This document shows positions 38,492 to 49,692 of a stretch of 64,000 nucleotides of DNA, piece after piece. Position 1 is the first letter of the stretch; every line of letters begins with the position of its first letter. Origin of the DNA: Blepharisma stoltei ATCC 30299 (Eukaryota; Protista; Ciliophora); contig CBFDEM010000027.1 in assembly GCA_965603825.1 (NCBI GenBank), positions 372,001 to 436,000 on the forward strand, in the 5' to 3' direction. Below the pieces are notes generated by a model, which made no database searches, had not been told where the DNA came from, and worked only from the letters and a program-made list of their open reading frames with translations. The position numbers and the translations under genes were made by a program.

Positions 38492-38577
38492 TTAATATTA
38501 AATGGGGGACTTTTCTGAAATTTATACATAGCTGGACTGGTTTATTTTTTCAATTAATTATATTTTTTATTTATCGT

Positions 38578-39834
38578 TTATGATAAAGCTCGTATCTTGA
38601 ATTCGTCATTAATCATTTTTACCTGCTCATGCAGTTCTCCCACGACTTGGCTTTGCTCAATAGCTCTTCTAGCTAGATAGGGAATCAATTTTTCTGATGG
38701 CCCAAAGGGTACATATCTTTGTACAGCATAATGCTCTGAAGCTAAAACTGTACTCATCATTGACTTCATGCCAAGCAGCTGTCCAAATGTCACTCCTCCT
38801 TTCAATCTATCGATTTTCTTCTCATAGAGTTTTTCTTTCCCGAATTCTGCACTTAGCCAGTTATGACTTGCTATGCACAATTGGTCACCAGGTTTATAAA
38901 AGCTGAAAATTGTATCTGTGTTGCTATGGTAGGCATAATTTGTGGCTTCTTTGGAGTCATGAATAGGTGAAGGGACTCCTTTTCTCCGGGCTAAATCGTT
39001 TTCTTCTCTTATATAAGCACCACGCACAAGCTTGATTCCTATTGACAGATTTTTTTCTTTTGAGGAATGCAGATATGAGGATAATTTGGATTCTGAGTCT
39101 TTTAGGTAGCTTTGGATTGTTGTAAGAACGATCGCTGATGACTTATTGTACTCGTTTTGAAGCGTCCATGTAAAGCTGTCGATCGCAGCTTGAAAATATG
39201 TCTGCTCAGCGTCAATCATCATAGAAACACCTTTATCTCTACATACATTAGCAATTCTCCTGAGTCTTCCCATACAATTTTCTATTTCTTTGATTTCCCT
39301 TTCATCAAATTCTGTTTCAAGTCCATCAAAGACGCTTTCGTTAAAAATTCGGATGAATTTGTCGCTCCCTCTTTGCAGTTTTTTAAGCATGAAACCATTT
39401 AGCCTCTCCAGCAAATCGGTATTAATTAGCGCAGTTACTTTAATTGCTACTGATGGATAAGGATATTCAGTAGCGCATAAAGCAGCTTGAATTATGGCTT
39501 TTTCGTTGTTGTCTAATCCTTCAACAGAGGTTTCTCCTTCTGCACAATAATCAATTATTCCGCCCATTTTTTGGGCTGCGAGCTTTTGGAGCACTGTTTT
39601 AAGCTCCTGGTAAGTTTCTCCTGCACTGAAAACCTTCCCAGCTGTTTGTGAAATGTAATAGCAAGTTGCATGTTTCCCTAATAAAAGATTCGATAACCAA
39701 AGAAGATGGTTTATGTTTTGAACGAGATAGGGTCGAGCACAGAAATTAGATGCTATAAGAGTGTTGAGTAATTCGAAATTCGATTGGTTTTTGAATGGCC
39801 GAATCGCTGATATTGAACCTTTGAGCTGCAACAT
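38578..39834 (-). CDS. PRODH: Proline dehydrogenase (mitochondrial)
   Basis: IDAEQTYFQ, KLVRGAY, ASHN, FGQLLGM, YVPFGP, PYLARRAIE. Confidence 0.93.
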   Translation of the reverse strand: MLQLKGSISAIRPFKNQSNFELLNTLIASNFCARPYLVQNINHLLWLSNLLLGKHATCYYISQTAGKVFSAGETYQELKTVLQKLAAQKMGGIIDYCAEGETSVEGLDNNEKAIIQAALCATEYPYPSVAIKVTALINTDLLERLNGFMLKKLQRGSDKFIRIFNESVFDGLETEFDEREIKEIENCMGRLRRIANVCRDKGVSMMIDAEQTYFQAAIDSFTWTLQNEYNKSSAIVLTTIQSYLKDSESKLSSYLHSSKEKNLSIGIKLVRGAYIREENDLARRKGVPSPIHDSKEATNYAYHSNTDTIFSFYKPGDQLCIASHNWLSAEFGKEKLYEKKIDRLKGGVTFGQLLGMKSMMSTVLASEHYAVQRYVPFGPSEKLIPYLARRAIEQSQVVGELHEQVKMINDEFKIRALS

Positions 39835-41121
39835 AGTTAATATGGTGTGGATTATTTTATATAAGTAAAGCAATGGTATTGAAATGATACTAAATAAGGA
39901 TTATAAAATGAGAATTGCTCATTAAGTTGGAAAGAATTAAATTGTATGATCTTTGGCGAGTCTGATATTCTTGTTTACTTCAATAAAGTTTATTCAATTA
40001 GAAGATTTCAAATTGGCTTGAGTATATATAAAGCAACACTAGCCATTTGACTTTCTAACAACTCTAGCATAAATAAAGAAAGCCAAAATTCTAATAATCA
40101 GTTTTTATAAATGAATTTAAATTCTTTTATAAGATTTCTTATACTCTTTTGCTGAGTGACTTTAAACCCAGTCTAATTTATTAATCTTTAAATATTCAAC
40201 GCTTCATCAATTAGATAGCTTCTTATTTGCCTAATTAAATTATTTTAGATTATATGCATAATGTTTAGCAGTAACCAATTATAATGATGATCAAATTTTA
40301 TATGGAAAATATAAGAAAAATAGTTTTATACTACAAATATAAAAGGAATTGCTTATAAATGAGGTGTTTTGAACTTAATAGTCTAATGATTGTACAAAAA
40401 AAATTAATCAGCTGCTATAGAATAATTTCAAAGAATTATTAATAACTTTATAAGTTTTTATAACTTAAAAGAAGAGATAGCTTTCATATTTGTAAGCAAC
40501 GATAACATTCCGATAGGAATTCACCATGCTAAATTGACATTTTAAATTTTATTTTAGATTTCTGACCTGAGACAATTAATATTCATTTAATGCGGACGAT
40601 TTGACTACAAGCATTATTGGGCAAATATATATTTGAAAAAATCCCTATTTTCTTGGTTTAGTTCTAAACAAAGCTTTTATTTTCATCTGATCCATAAATA
40701 CCACTTATTTGATCAAAATCTGAATTCTTAAAATTTTCTTTCTTTAGTTATTCCAAATAAATAACCATCAAATATTTGAATCACAAAGAACAAAACTATC
40801 AGAAAATTTTTTCACCATCCGATTAACTTAAAATACCAGTATACCTATCATGCGTTATTTTACTAATACAAATATCAAAATTGGTATCATATAAAGTTTC
40901 GATTTATAGATACAATAAAAGCTATATATTAAAAACTATCTTTATAAATAAACGTACTAATATTAAATTCAATTCAACTCACTAAAGAAATTAAGTTTAT
41001 ATTTCAATAATTGGCTAAAAATACCACCGATAAATCTTGCCAGAAATTTTTTCATGCCAGACTAATAAATATCATTAAAATAGTAAAATACCATCCTGAA
41101 ATACAAAGGATATTAATTAGA

Positions 41122-41442
41122 TTAAGCAATTTTTAATTCCAGATCATCGGTATCCTGATACTGGCATTTTCTTTTGTGTAAAGATAACTGACTAGCGAAC
41201 CTAAATTTCATTTCACATTTCGAGCATGAGAAAGGTTTCTCACCAGAATGCATTCTCATGTGCTCCTGCAGATTTTGTTTGCTTGCCAATCATTTTTGGC
41301 AGAGTTGGCATTGATTATGCGTCTTTTTTAAGTGATAGACTGTCACATGCCTTCTTAAATTGAATTTAGTAGAATAATTCTTTGCACAGCCAGGTAGCAT
41401 GCAACAATAAAGAGTCACAATATTCTCAGATACACTATCCAT
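41122..41442 (-). CDS. C2H2 zinc-finger protein (3 fingers, 106 aa)
   Basis: Absent from the ORF track. [31 protein letters not shown](TGA)[25 protein letters not shown]. Confidence 0.9.
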
Positions 41443-41963
41443 TTTATATCCGATTCAAATTTTGAACGGAAATCATTAAAAAAATGATGATCAGAAAGTT
41501 ATTAATAATTTCAAATTATTAATAAAACTCCTTTTTATGAAAAATAGATCATTAAATATCTGTCTATGCGAAGTGCTAAAATATCGACAATTTATATATT
41601 TAATTATAGTTAAAAATGCTAAATCTTTCTTTAATATTCATAAAAGATAATAGCATGAGATTTAATAGTTGAATTTCTAGCTTTGAAGATGATTAAAATA
41701 AAGGTATTTAAAGAATTTATTTAAAAATGAAATTATAATACTCCATAGCATATAAGATAGTGAGTCTAATAAACCTTTTATTTAGGCATTTACTAAGGAA
41801 TATTTAAAACAGAAACTAAAGCTAAAACGAGCTCAATATAAATATTTTCCTTAATCTTATTCTGCACTAATGAATATAATTTCTAGCGTATTGTATCATT
41901 ATAGCGCAATTATTTCATATTTACCTTTAATAATAAATGCTATAATTATAAAAAACTAATCAG

Positions 41964-42849
41964 TTAAACTAGATTGCACTTGCAATTTACTGCAGACGAA
42001 TCTGTTCCTGAATTAATAGCCTTCCCACTTGCTTGCTTTGGAGGACTGATAGAAGATTGAATAGGATTATAAGATGGAGAAGAAAAGTTTCGAGCAGAAG
42101 ATGAAGCAGGAGGTAAGCAGGCAGGAATATTCATTTCAGACAGCAGCATCACTTTGTGATTAAACAGCAAGCAAGAAACTATATCCCCTTCCTGCAGACT
42201 CCTTAGAAACATAGCCACGCTTGATTTTAAAGAGTTTCAATTCGCTCCATCCATTGAATTACTAAAATCAAGATTAAGCAAAACGGCAAACCTATTTCTT
42301 CTCATTGTCAATACTGGTGCACTTTGCTCATGTATCATTAATGAAGCATTAGTGCAATCAGTAACACCTATAGCCTGAGTCTGTTTTATAATTCCTATGC
42401 CAATACTTATTCTCTCAAATATTTCGCTAAGGTCAACATTTGAAGCACGGTGAGCTTTGCAGCTGTCTCCGCCACAAGCGCTCATAACTGCCATTTCAGC
42501 CGCTGCATTACCGCTTAGATTTATTCCTATGTAATTTGTTTGGCAGCGATCAGTTGGAATAGTTTGGCCGATGATATAAAAAATTACAGCAAGTTCTTCA
42601 ATAGAAGTTTTAGAGCCACTATCTACTCCATCTGTTATCACTATATGAAGGAAATTCCAGATATCTCCTGTTCCTAATTTATTTAATGTTATTAAGGTTG
42701 AGAATTAATTCTAAACCTAATTTTACAGAATCTCTCAACGCCGTGCCACCTGATGGTCTTAAGCAATCTAATTTTTGATTGAAAGTGCATTTTGTTGCAG
42801 GCTCGAACCCCAATTCACTAAGAAGGGCTTCTGATAAGGTATGATTCAT
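41964..42849 (-). CDS. vWA-domain protein with C-terminal CaaX (CNLV), interrupted by a +1 frame break
   Basis: GGTALRDS in frame 0; IVITDG and LDFSNSMDGANW(TGA) in the +1 frame; break near 42679-42684. Could be a pseudogene, an assembly error or recoding. Confidence 0.7.
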
Positions 42850-43025
42850 ATTTTATAATGCAAGGCTACAAAATTCTATATATTAAAAAATTTACTATCC
42901 CAAGGAATTAATTCTTATATGAGAAAGCTTATTGGCATATTTATTTTCAGAAATTAGTTTTATACAATAAATTATATTATAAATCAACTATTTTATGACT
43001 CAAATCATAAAGTGTTGAAAATTCC

Positions 43026-43742
43026 TTATTTAGAAATCTTCAAAAATGATTCAAGCGCTAAATAAAAATTACGTGTTCTACAAATCGGGCATTTTCTGAC
43101 GGCTTGCATTTTCAAATTAACTGCGCATCTTGAGCACAAGCACAAGTGTTTGCAGGGGAAAACAAGAGTGTCCCTCTTGCTACTCAAGCAAACAGAGCAT
43201 TTTTCTCCCAAATAATTTCCATAAATTTCAACTAATTCATATACTTCGTATCCTATTTTTAAATGCTGCCTTAGTAGCTTTACTGAGAAGCGACCATTTT
43301 CTTTTACAAATGAAAGATAAGATGTATGCAGTTGCTGAATTTGTTGATTTGATGAAAATGGAATGATTTGGATTATTAAAGGGGTATATGAGGAAGAATA
43401 TTTAGTAAGCTCTTCTTCTCCATATTCTGATAAAGATAATGTGGATACATCTGACGGGAAGCATTGAGACATTCCTTCTTGAATTGTTAAAGCAATTATT
43501 GGAATGTCAGGCTGAATATTACAGAATTCTGAGTGGTGAGCACAGAGAAAGATTTGAATAGTAGATCTTACCCTGGCACTGTACCTGAAATCTAAGTAAT
43601 ATTTCTCGTCTTCATATTTCAAGGAGATTGATTCTTTTTCAATATGGGCGAAGCTGGATATAATCGAGCTGCTGCGTTTGAGAGAATTTTTATCTGTGGA
43701 AAAAGTTATTGGAATCCTGAAGTTGGATGTGGAATTTCCCAT
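43026..43742 (-). CDS. RING E3 ubiquitin ligase, MGRN1/LOG2-like, predicted N-myristoylated
   Basis: MGNSTS, ELVEIYG, CSVC...PCKHLCLCSRC...CPICR. Intron 43058-43072. Confidence 0.88.
   Translation of the reverse strand: MGNSTSNFRIPITFSTDKNSLKRSSSIISSFAHIEKESISLKYEDEKYYLDFRYSARVRSTIQIFLCAHHSEFCNIQPDIPIIALTIQEGMSQCFPSDVSTLSLSEYGEEELTKYSSSYTPLIIQIIPFSSNQQIQQLHTSYLSFVKENGRFSVKLLRQHLKIGYEVYELVEIYGNYLGEKCSVCLSSKRDTLVFPCKHLCLCSRCAVNLKMQAVRKCPICRTRNFYLALESFLKISK
43058..43072 (-). other. 15-nt intron gtaatttttatttag (in frame, no stop)
   Basis: Splicing gives the canonical CPICRTPLESFLKI. Confidence 0.85.
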
Positions 43743-44121
43743 TCGATTATTATTATTTAACTAGTCCGTAATATTATCCTGTTAATGATAAGAAGTTAAT
43801 AAAAACGTCTCACAAATAAAATCCAAAAAAAATCTACCAGAAGATTGAGTCTCATCTGTGAATTATTCTTTAAAAGGCGTGCTTTTTTTTATTATCCACT
43901 AATTCTGATAAAGACAGCAACTTCTCCAAAAGTAAATTTAATATATTGAGTTTAAATAATTTTGGAAGGTTTCTTATTTGTCATAAATCCTTTATTATTG
44001 GAATGGCTTTTATGAAAGCGCTTTTTCAGTAATTTAATTAGAAGTAATTTCATTCATATTTCACAATATTTTCAAATTTAAAGCTCATGAAAGATAATAA
44101 TTAGGTTAACTTTATAACATA

Positions 44122-45201
44122 CTAATAATGCCCAACTCGCTTGGGCGCTGTTTGCGGCCTTAATTGATCTGAGAAACTTCTTATATGCCCTTTTGGTGCC
44201 ATCTTTAACTTTTTCGCAGTATTATCTTTTTGGGGTGTTGACTCAGTGTTGGTTTTTTTGGAATCAATTGTATTACTTTTTAACAATTCAGCTTCTCCTG
44301 TAGATCTGCGGCTATTTCTAGACCTATCTTTTGACGGATGAGGCTGATTCTCTTTGCTGGCTGGCAAAGCAGGAGATTTGTTGCTCGCTCTTTCTTTTAT
44401 TTTTTGCTGCATTTTATTCAGATCAACTGCTTTTTCTTCAAGTTTTTTTTTTAAATATTCAATATTTACAGGATTCCTTGGCTCTGCTTTTTTATCTGCT
44501 ACTTTTAGCCGTTCAATTTCTTGTTTTAATTTTTCAGTTTCATCGAGTTTTTCTTCCAGCTTTGATTTCAGTTTCATACATTCTTCTTTTAGCCTGCTGA
44601 TAATTTTATCTTTTTTTTCGAGCTCTTCAGCGTATTTTTGCAACTGTTGTTCAAATTCTTTAACAATTTTTTCATTTACCTCTTTTTTATTTTCTTTTTG
44701 TTTAGATGCCACTTTTTTTAGCTCATTTTGGAGCCTCTCTTCAAATTCTTTAAGTTTAATATCAACTTCCTTATCAGCGTTTTTATCAGAGTTGTTTCCA
44801 TCATCTCTTTTCCTATTCAATTGTGCGTTAAGTTTTTCCAGCTCATCAATTCTATTTTGTGATGATTCAATGTGAAGCTTAAGCTGATGTTCAACTCGAA
44901 TATGGTTTCGTACTTCGGCTTCTGACTTTTGTAGTAGCGTTTCGAATTGTTCATTTTTTTGAATCAATTCTGCGTTGTCAGATTTGGTATGGTCTTTTTT
45001 AAATCGCAATAGTTCTAAGACAATTTCTTTCAAATTTTCAAAGACCTCCAAAGAATCCAGCTCTTCTAGCGTCCTCATCTCTTCAGACGTCACACTTGCT
45101 TCATCGATATGGCAATTTGTACTGAAAACATAGCAAAAAAATTCATGAAGAGTCTTATTTAAATCAAAGTTCTCAGTATCCTCTTGGAACATAAAATCCA
45201 T
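44122..45201 (-). CDS. Coiled-coil hypothetical protein
   Basis: 359-aa ORF, K/E-rich heptads, EAEVRNHIRVEHQLKL motif. Confidence 0.78.
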   Translation of the reverse strand: MDFMFQEDTENFDLNKTLHEFFCYVFSTNCHIDEASVTSEEMRTLEELDSLEVFENLKEIVLELLRFKKDHTKSDNAELIQKNEQFETLLQKSEAEVRNHIRVEHQLKLHIESSQNRIDELEKLNAQLNRKRDDGNNSDKNADKEVDIKLKEFEERLQNELKKVASKQKENKKEVNEKIVKEFEQQLQKYAEELEKKDKIISRLKEECMKLKSKLEEKLDETEKLKQEIERLKVADKKAEPRNPVNIEYLKKKLEEKAVDLNKMQQKIKERASNKSPALPASKENQPHPSKDRSRNSRRSTGEAELLKSNTIDSKKTNTESTPQKDNTAKKLKMAPKGHIRSFSDQLRPQTAPKRVGHY

Positions 45202-45253
45202 TACTAAGTTAAAAGAAAAAGTTTAGGCTGACAAAAATGTTATTCCTTAATTA

Positions 45254-45472
45254 TTACCTGAGTGTAAAGTAAGGAGAGTCCATATCAGAGAATGGAGATT
45301 CAAAACTTGAGGCTGTTGGAGGAGTTGCCAAGTATGTGTTTTCTTTTTCGAAATCCCGTGGCTTTGTACAAACCACCGGAGAAAAGTCTGGAGGGAGAGG
45401 GGAAAGCGGCACTCGAGTCCTCGATTGAGATTTTCTTGATGCTAGAGGTGTACAGTAGCTAGGCGTGTTCAT
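45254..45472 (-). CDS. Small Ser/Pro-rich hypothetical protein (72 aa)
   Basis: ATG..TAA, higher GC than flanks. No 15/16-nt intron links it to the next ORF. Confidence 0.5.
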   Translation of the reverse strand: MNTPSYCTPLASRKSQSRTRVPLSPLPPDFSPVVCTKPRDFEKENTYLATPPTASSFESPFSDMDSPYFTLR

Positions 45473-45636
45473 ATTTATATTTAAATAAGCCGCATTTTTT
45501 ATATGAAAATTAAAGAAGAATTTAATTATTATTGAATAAAGTGCTTTTGCTTGTAGGGATTAATTTATTAAGGTAAAATTTATTTCTATTAGTATCGAAA
45601 TAAGAGGATATTATTAAAATATTTATAATTCTAATG

Positions 45637-46965
45637 TTACCAAAATTTTAATTTGATATGGAATTTTAGTAGCAACCACATTACTGAGAGAGCTGTAAAC
45701 ATATAAAGAGTAATAATAAAATATGCAAGGCATCCAGGTGTGTAAAGTGTGAACATGGATACATTTACAATGCCTGTCATTAAGTTGCTTAACATGAAAT
45801 AGGGCAATTGGTTATAATTGATAGCATCAATTATAGCATTTGGGCTACAATTAACAACGCATCTTTCAGCTAAGCAAACAACTGATAAATAAAATAAGTT
45901 GTGTGATACTACTCAACTTGTATAAGATACATTATTCTAAATAGAAAATACTAATCGTCTTGAAGGATCCACGAAAGCAAACAATATCTGTGTAATTATC
46001 ATAGAAAATGCTGTGGCGTATGCTAGATTTCTCATATAATTTTTAGAATCAAGTATCAGCTGTTTCAAACCTAATCCAATTTGATATATACAGAAAAATC
46101 CAATACACCCTAATATGCCTTCTCTATTCATACTAAAAAAGTTATCTCTTGGGCCATTAAATATATAGTCCTCAAGGCCAAATATCAGCAAAATTTGATA
46201 AAAAATCATAATCACAATAGAAAAAATAACTCGAGTCATCGGACTTCCATCAAGAAATGGAGCAGCCACTACAACAACTCCTAAGCTTAAAAAGAAATTC
46301 CAGTGCACGCCATACTCAGACACATGCTCTTGATAATCTACCATTTTATGAACAATTACCCTCAGAGATCCGATGAGTAGCAGAGGAAGGCAGCTAAACA
46401 TGGCCGCCTTAATTTTTTGAAAAAGAGGCTTTAGAGGATCCCTTGCACTTCTAGCAACCAATGCACTAGAAAATAGCACACTTCCAGTTCCAATATCCAT
46501 CTGTATAGTTTTTACCAATGAAACTCCAGTTGTCTCAGTTTTCACAAACCTTCTGGGATATATTGGGAAATCTACAGCAAGAATAGAAATACAGGTTGCT
46601 ACAAGCATTAGACTTCTATACTCTGTAACAAACTGAAAACGCTTGACTCCATCCTTGATTTCAAATGCAGGTCGAGTATTAGTAAAAGGTGAAGTAAGTT
46701 TATGTGAGTTTATTATGCAAACTAAAGCAAGTATAATAAGTTTGAGTAGGTTAAATTCTGTTGAGGTGACACTACCTATTATTGGGATAACTGTGAAGAT
46801 AAAGTCATAAATAAAATTTTGGCTTTTACAGGAAATATTTCTTAATAAAAGTGCTGCCTAAATAGAGGATACTGGGAGAAACATGCACACTTGGATTATG
46901 TCGAGTTGTGTTGAGCCATTGAATCCAGTAACAAATCATTCCTTGAGCTCTTTGTAGGAAGCCAT
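45637..46965 (-). CDS. PIGW: GPI inositol acyltransferase GWT1/PIG-W
   Basis: YKELKEW(TGA)FVTG, ILAVDFPIYPRRFVKTE, GVSL|MDIG, YQEHVSEYGVHWNFF, NREG, SRRL, C-terminal KLKFW. Three 15-nt introns. Confidence 0.93.
45937..45951 (-). other. 15-nt intron gtattttctatttag
   Basis: Restores SRRL|NNVSY..W. Confidence 0.88.
46501..46515 (-). other. 15-nt intron gtaaaaactatacag (in frame, no stop)
   Basis: Removing VKTIQ restores the conserved GxSLMDxG motif. Confidence 0.88.
46858..46872 (-). other. 15-nt intron gtatcctctatttag
   Basis: Removes an in-frame TAG. Confidence 0.85.
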
Positions 46966-47680
46966 AATTAGATAAATATAACTATCAATATGAGTATTTG
47001 GATGATTTGATGCTCATTAATTTTAATGTACAGAGAATATTGAAGAAAATAGCATTTAAATGAATCGGAATTCAGATTTATTAGAAAACTGAAGTGATTT
47101 TTAGTAACTTACTTGTTATTGGATTGAATTAATTATGTTAAATTTCTTAGGTGCATTTTACCTATAAAATTTTATATATAGACATCCTCATCGGCAAAGG
47201 TTCAGAGCAATATTTTTATTATTTTCATTTTATTTTCTCTCATTTATTAGATACACAGCAAATTCTCTTCAAAATCTGAAAATAATTTAGCATAATCCAA
47301 TACTGTTGAGACTGTAAATAAAGCTCAAAAGTTGCAAGCTCTAATAAAGATTATAATAATTATTTTGCCTTAATTCCTTTGCACTATTATATCATAATGG
47401 ACCCTTCTCTTTTATGCGTCACAAAATATAAATTATAACTAGGTCTGTTATTAAACGATTCTCTATTTAAAATTAGGGTAAAAATCTACCACACTAATCT
47501 CAATTTGTCAAAGCTAAATTTAAAAGCGTAAGTGAAATATATAATTTATTGCTGTAACAGGATTTCAAATTTAAAATCGAAATAAAAGTAATAAATAGTC
47601 AGTTAAACATATGCGCTTTTGCGTATAATGCTAGAATAATTCCCGAATATTAATTTATTATCCCATATTATCACTTTAGA

Positions 47681-49069
47681 CTACTCTCGAAACATTTCGT
47701 TTTCTTTATCAAGCTCTTTTGCCTGCATAAAGGTTTCTATTGCACTTTTGCCTTCTAAAAGTAGCCCTCTCGGGATTTTATTATCATGACAAATTGATTT
47801 TAATTTTACAATAAGCTCATTTTCGCATCTTAAAGTCTGGAACATTTTCAGCATTCTGCTGACGCTTTTTATTTTATTTTTTAGCTTATTTTTCCTTTCC
47901 TCTGCAGCTTGTTTCATCGCTTCACTTATGATATTCGAGTCTTCTTCTAAATTTTCTATTTCTTTTGGCTTCTTTTTGAGTATGGCTTTTAGGATTTCTA
48001 AGGTTTTTTCTATGACGAAAGGAATGCTCCAAGTAAATAAGTCCATGAATTTTGGCAACAAATAAGGATGGGCTGCATTTTTGAACTGCAAGATATTAAG
48101 AACGTTATTGTCAAGTTTTAATATAGCACCTTTGTTTCTATATACATCACAGTAATTCGGAGCAGAAAAAATTGTTATCACAGATGGAAATTCAGTCTTT
48201 CCGTTTCATTTATGCATTCTAAACCCTTCAAGCTGGACTTCGTGAGCTCTTATTATTGATAGTAGTCCATTTCGTTTTAAAAATATATTCACACTATCAG
48301 AACCATAATATCAACTGCAGCCTCTAGATGAATTTGGTGCAAAATCATCTTGCATTTTCCCTTCTTCATTATCTATAGGATCGGATCATAAAATATCACA
48401 GAACAGTCCGTGCCTAGGAATCTCCACAAACCTATCAATTCTGCTGATATCATCAACTCTAATTAGCTGAGGAGATATTCCTCCATGAAAAGCTAAGAAT
48501 TTCTTATTGACCAAGCAAGCAATTGGCATGCATGAAAAGCTGTCCATGATTCTATCATACACTTCTATGTCATATTTATACAAGCACTCATCTCTGAATT
48601 GGAAAAACGACGTTAAGCTTTTACACTCATGATTACCCCGTATCATGAGAAACGTTGTAGGGTGTCTAATTTTATGAATATAAAGATAAGTAATAACTTC
48701 AATAGAAAATGATCCTCTATCAACGTAATCACCAAGAAATAAATACTTTCTATTATCAGGAGGCCCACCAATATCAAGCAATTTCATTAAATCATAGTAT
48801 TGTCCATGTATGTCTCCAACTATTGTTACGGGATCTTGTAAGGTTAAGAGGTTTGGCTCTGATCGAAAAAGATTTGTGGTTTGCTCAATTATCTCTATAA
48901 ATGAAGATTTGTCAAGTTTCCCTTCTTTTGATAAGTGTTCTCTGAGAACTCTATAGTCAGCATTTGTTAGTTCTCCAGTGGGAAATAAAAGGTCTCGTCG
49001 AAGGGGTCGATTAGGAGGTGGTGGGCATTCTGCAACACGATCATTCAAGGGATCTGGTAAAATGTCCAT
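47681..49069 (-). CDS. Calcineurin A (PP2B catalytic subunit)
   Basis: GDIHGQ, GDYVDRG, RGNHE, DIL-W(TGA)-SDP, FSAPNYCD, HPYLLPKFMDLFTWSIPFV (CnB-binding helix), CaM-binding KNKIKSVSRM. Confidence 0.95.
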
Positions 49070-49692
49070 TATGAATATATGAAACCTCTATATTAGCATA
49101 TTCTGGGAACAGATTATTAGGCATTATATAAGCTTAGACTAAAATAATATAAATTGCTAGGAATGATAAAATCCGTGATCTTAAAATTCCATGATCATTA
49201 AATTTGGAATTACGGATAATTTAAATGGCCTAGCAACTTCAGATTAAATCAAGGCTATTAATAAGTATTGCGTAATTCCAGCATTAATAATAAGCTTATG
49301 AGTTCCTCCTAATTAAAGAATTTTATCTCCAAAGATAATTTGGTAATTTTCAATGCTTTTTTTCAAATAATATTTTTAGAATGTGTTGCATTATTTCTTA
49401 AGCCTTATTAGAGAAAAAAAAGAAATATAAGCAGTTGATCGTAATTTAAAGGGGATAAAAATCCTTTAACGATATTTATTATATAGCTTTCTAAAATAAT
49501 ATTGCTAGACCTTAGAAATTTATAAAAATTATAAAATTTGATTTGATAATTTAAGGCGATTTTTGAAATTAACTTATCTCTCATTTCATAATACCAGCTC
49601 ATGCGAAAATGCTTTTTCCAACTATCTCAAAAGTGAAAAATTTGAAAATTTGAAATAAAAAATGTTTTTTAGGTCTATGCTTATAAATCAAT

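Noticed and set aside
42711-42726. 16-nt gtaaaattaggtttag as an intron fixing the vWA frameshift
   Set aside because: Splicing gives AAT TAA immediately, and there is no A at -6.
44122-44136. Possible terminal 15-nt intron gttgggcattattag
   Set aside because: It lacks the GTA start and the -6 A seen in all accepted introns; TAG kept as the stop.
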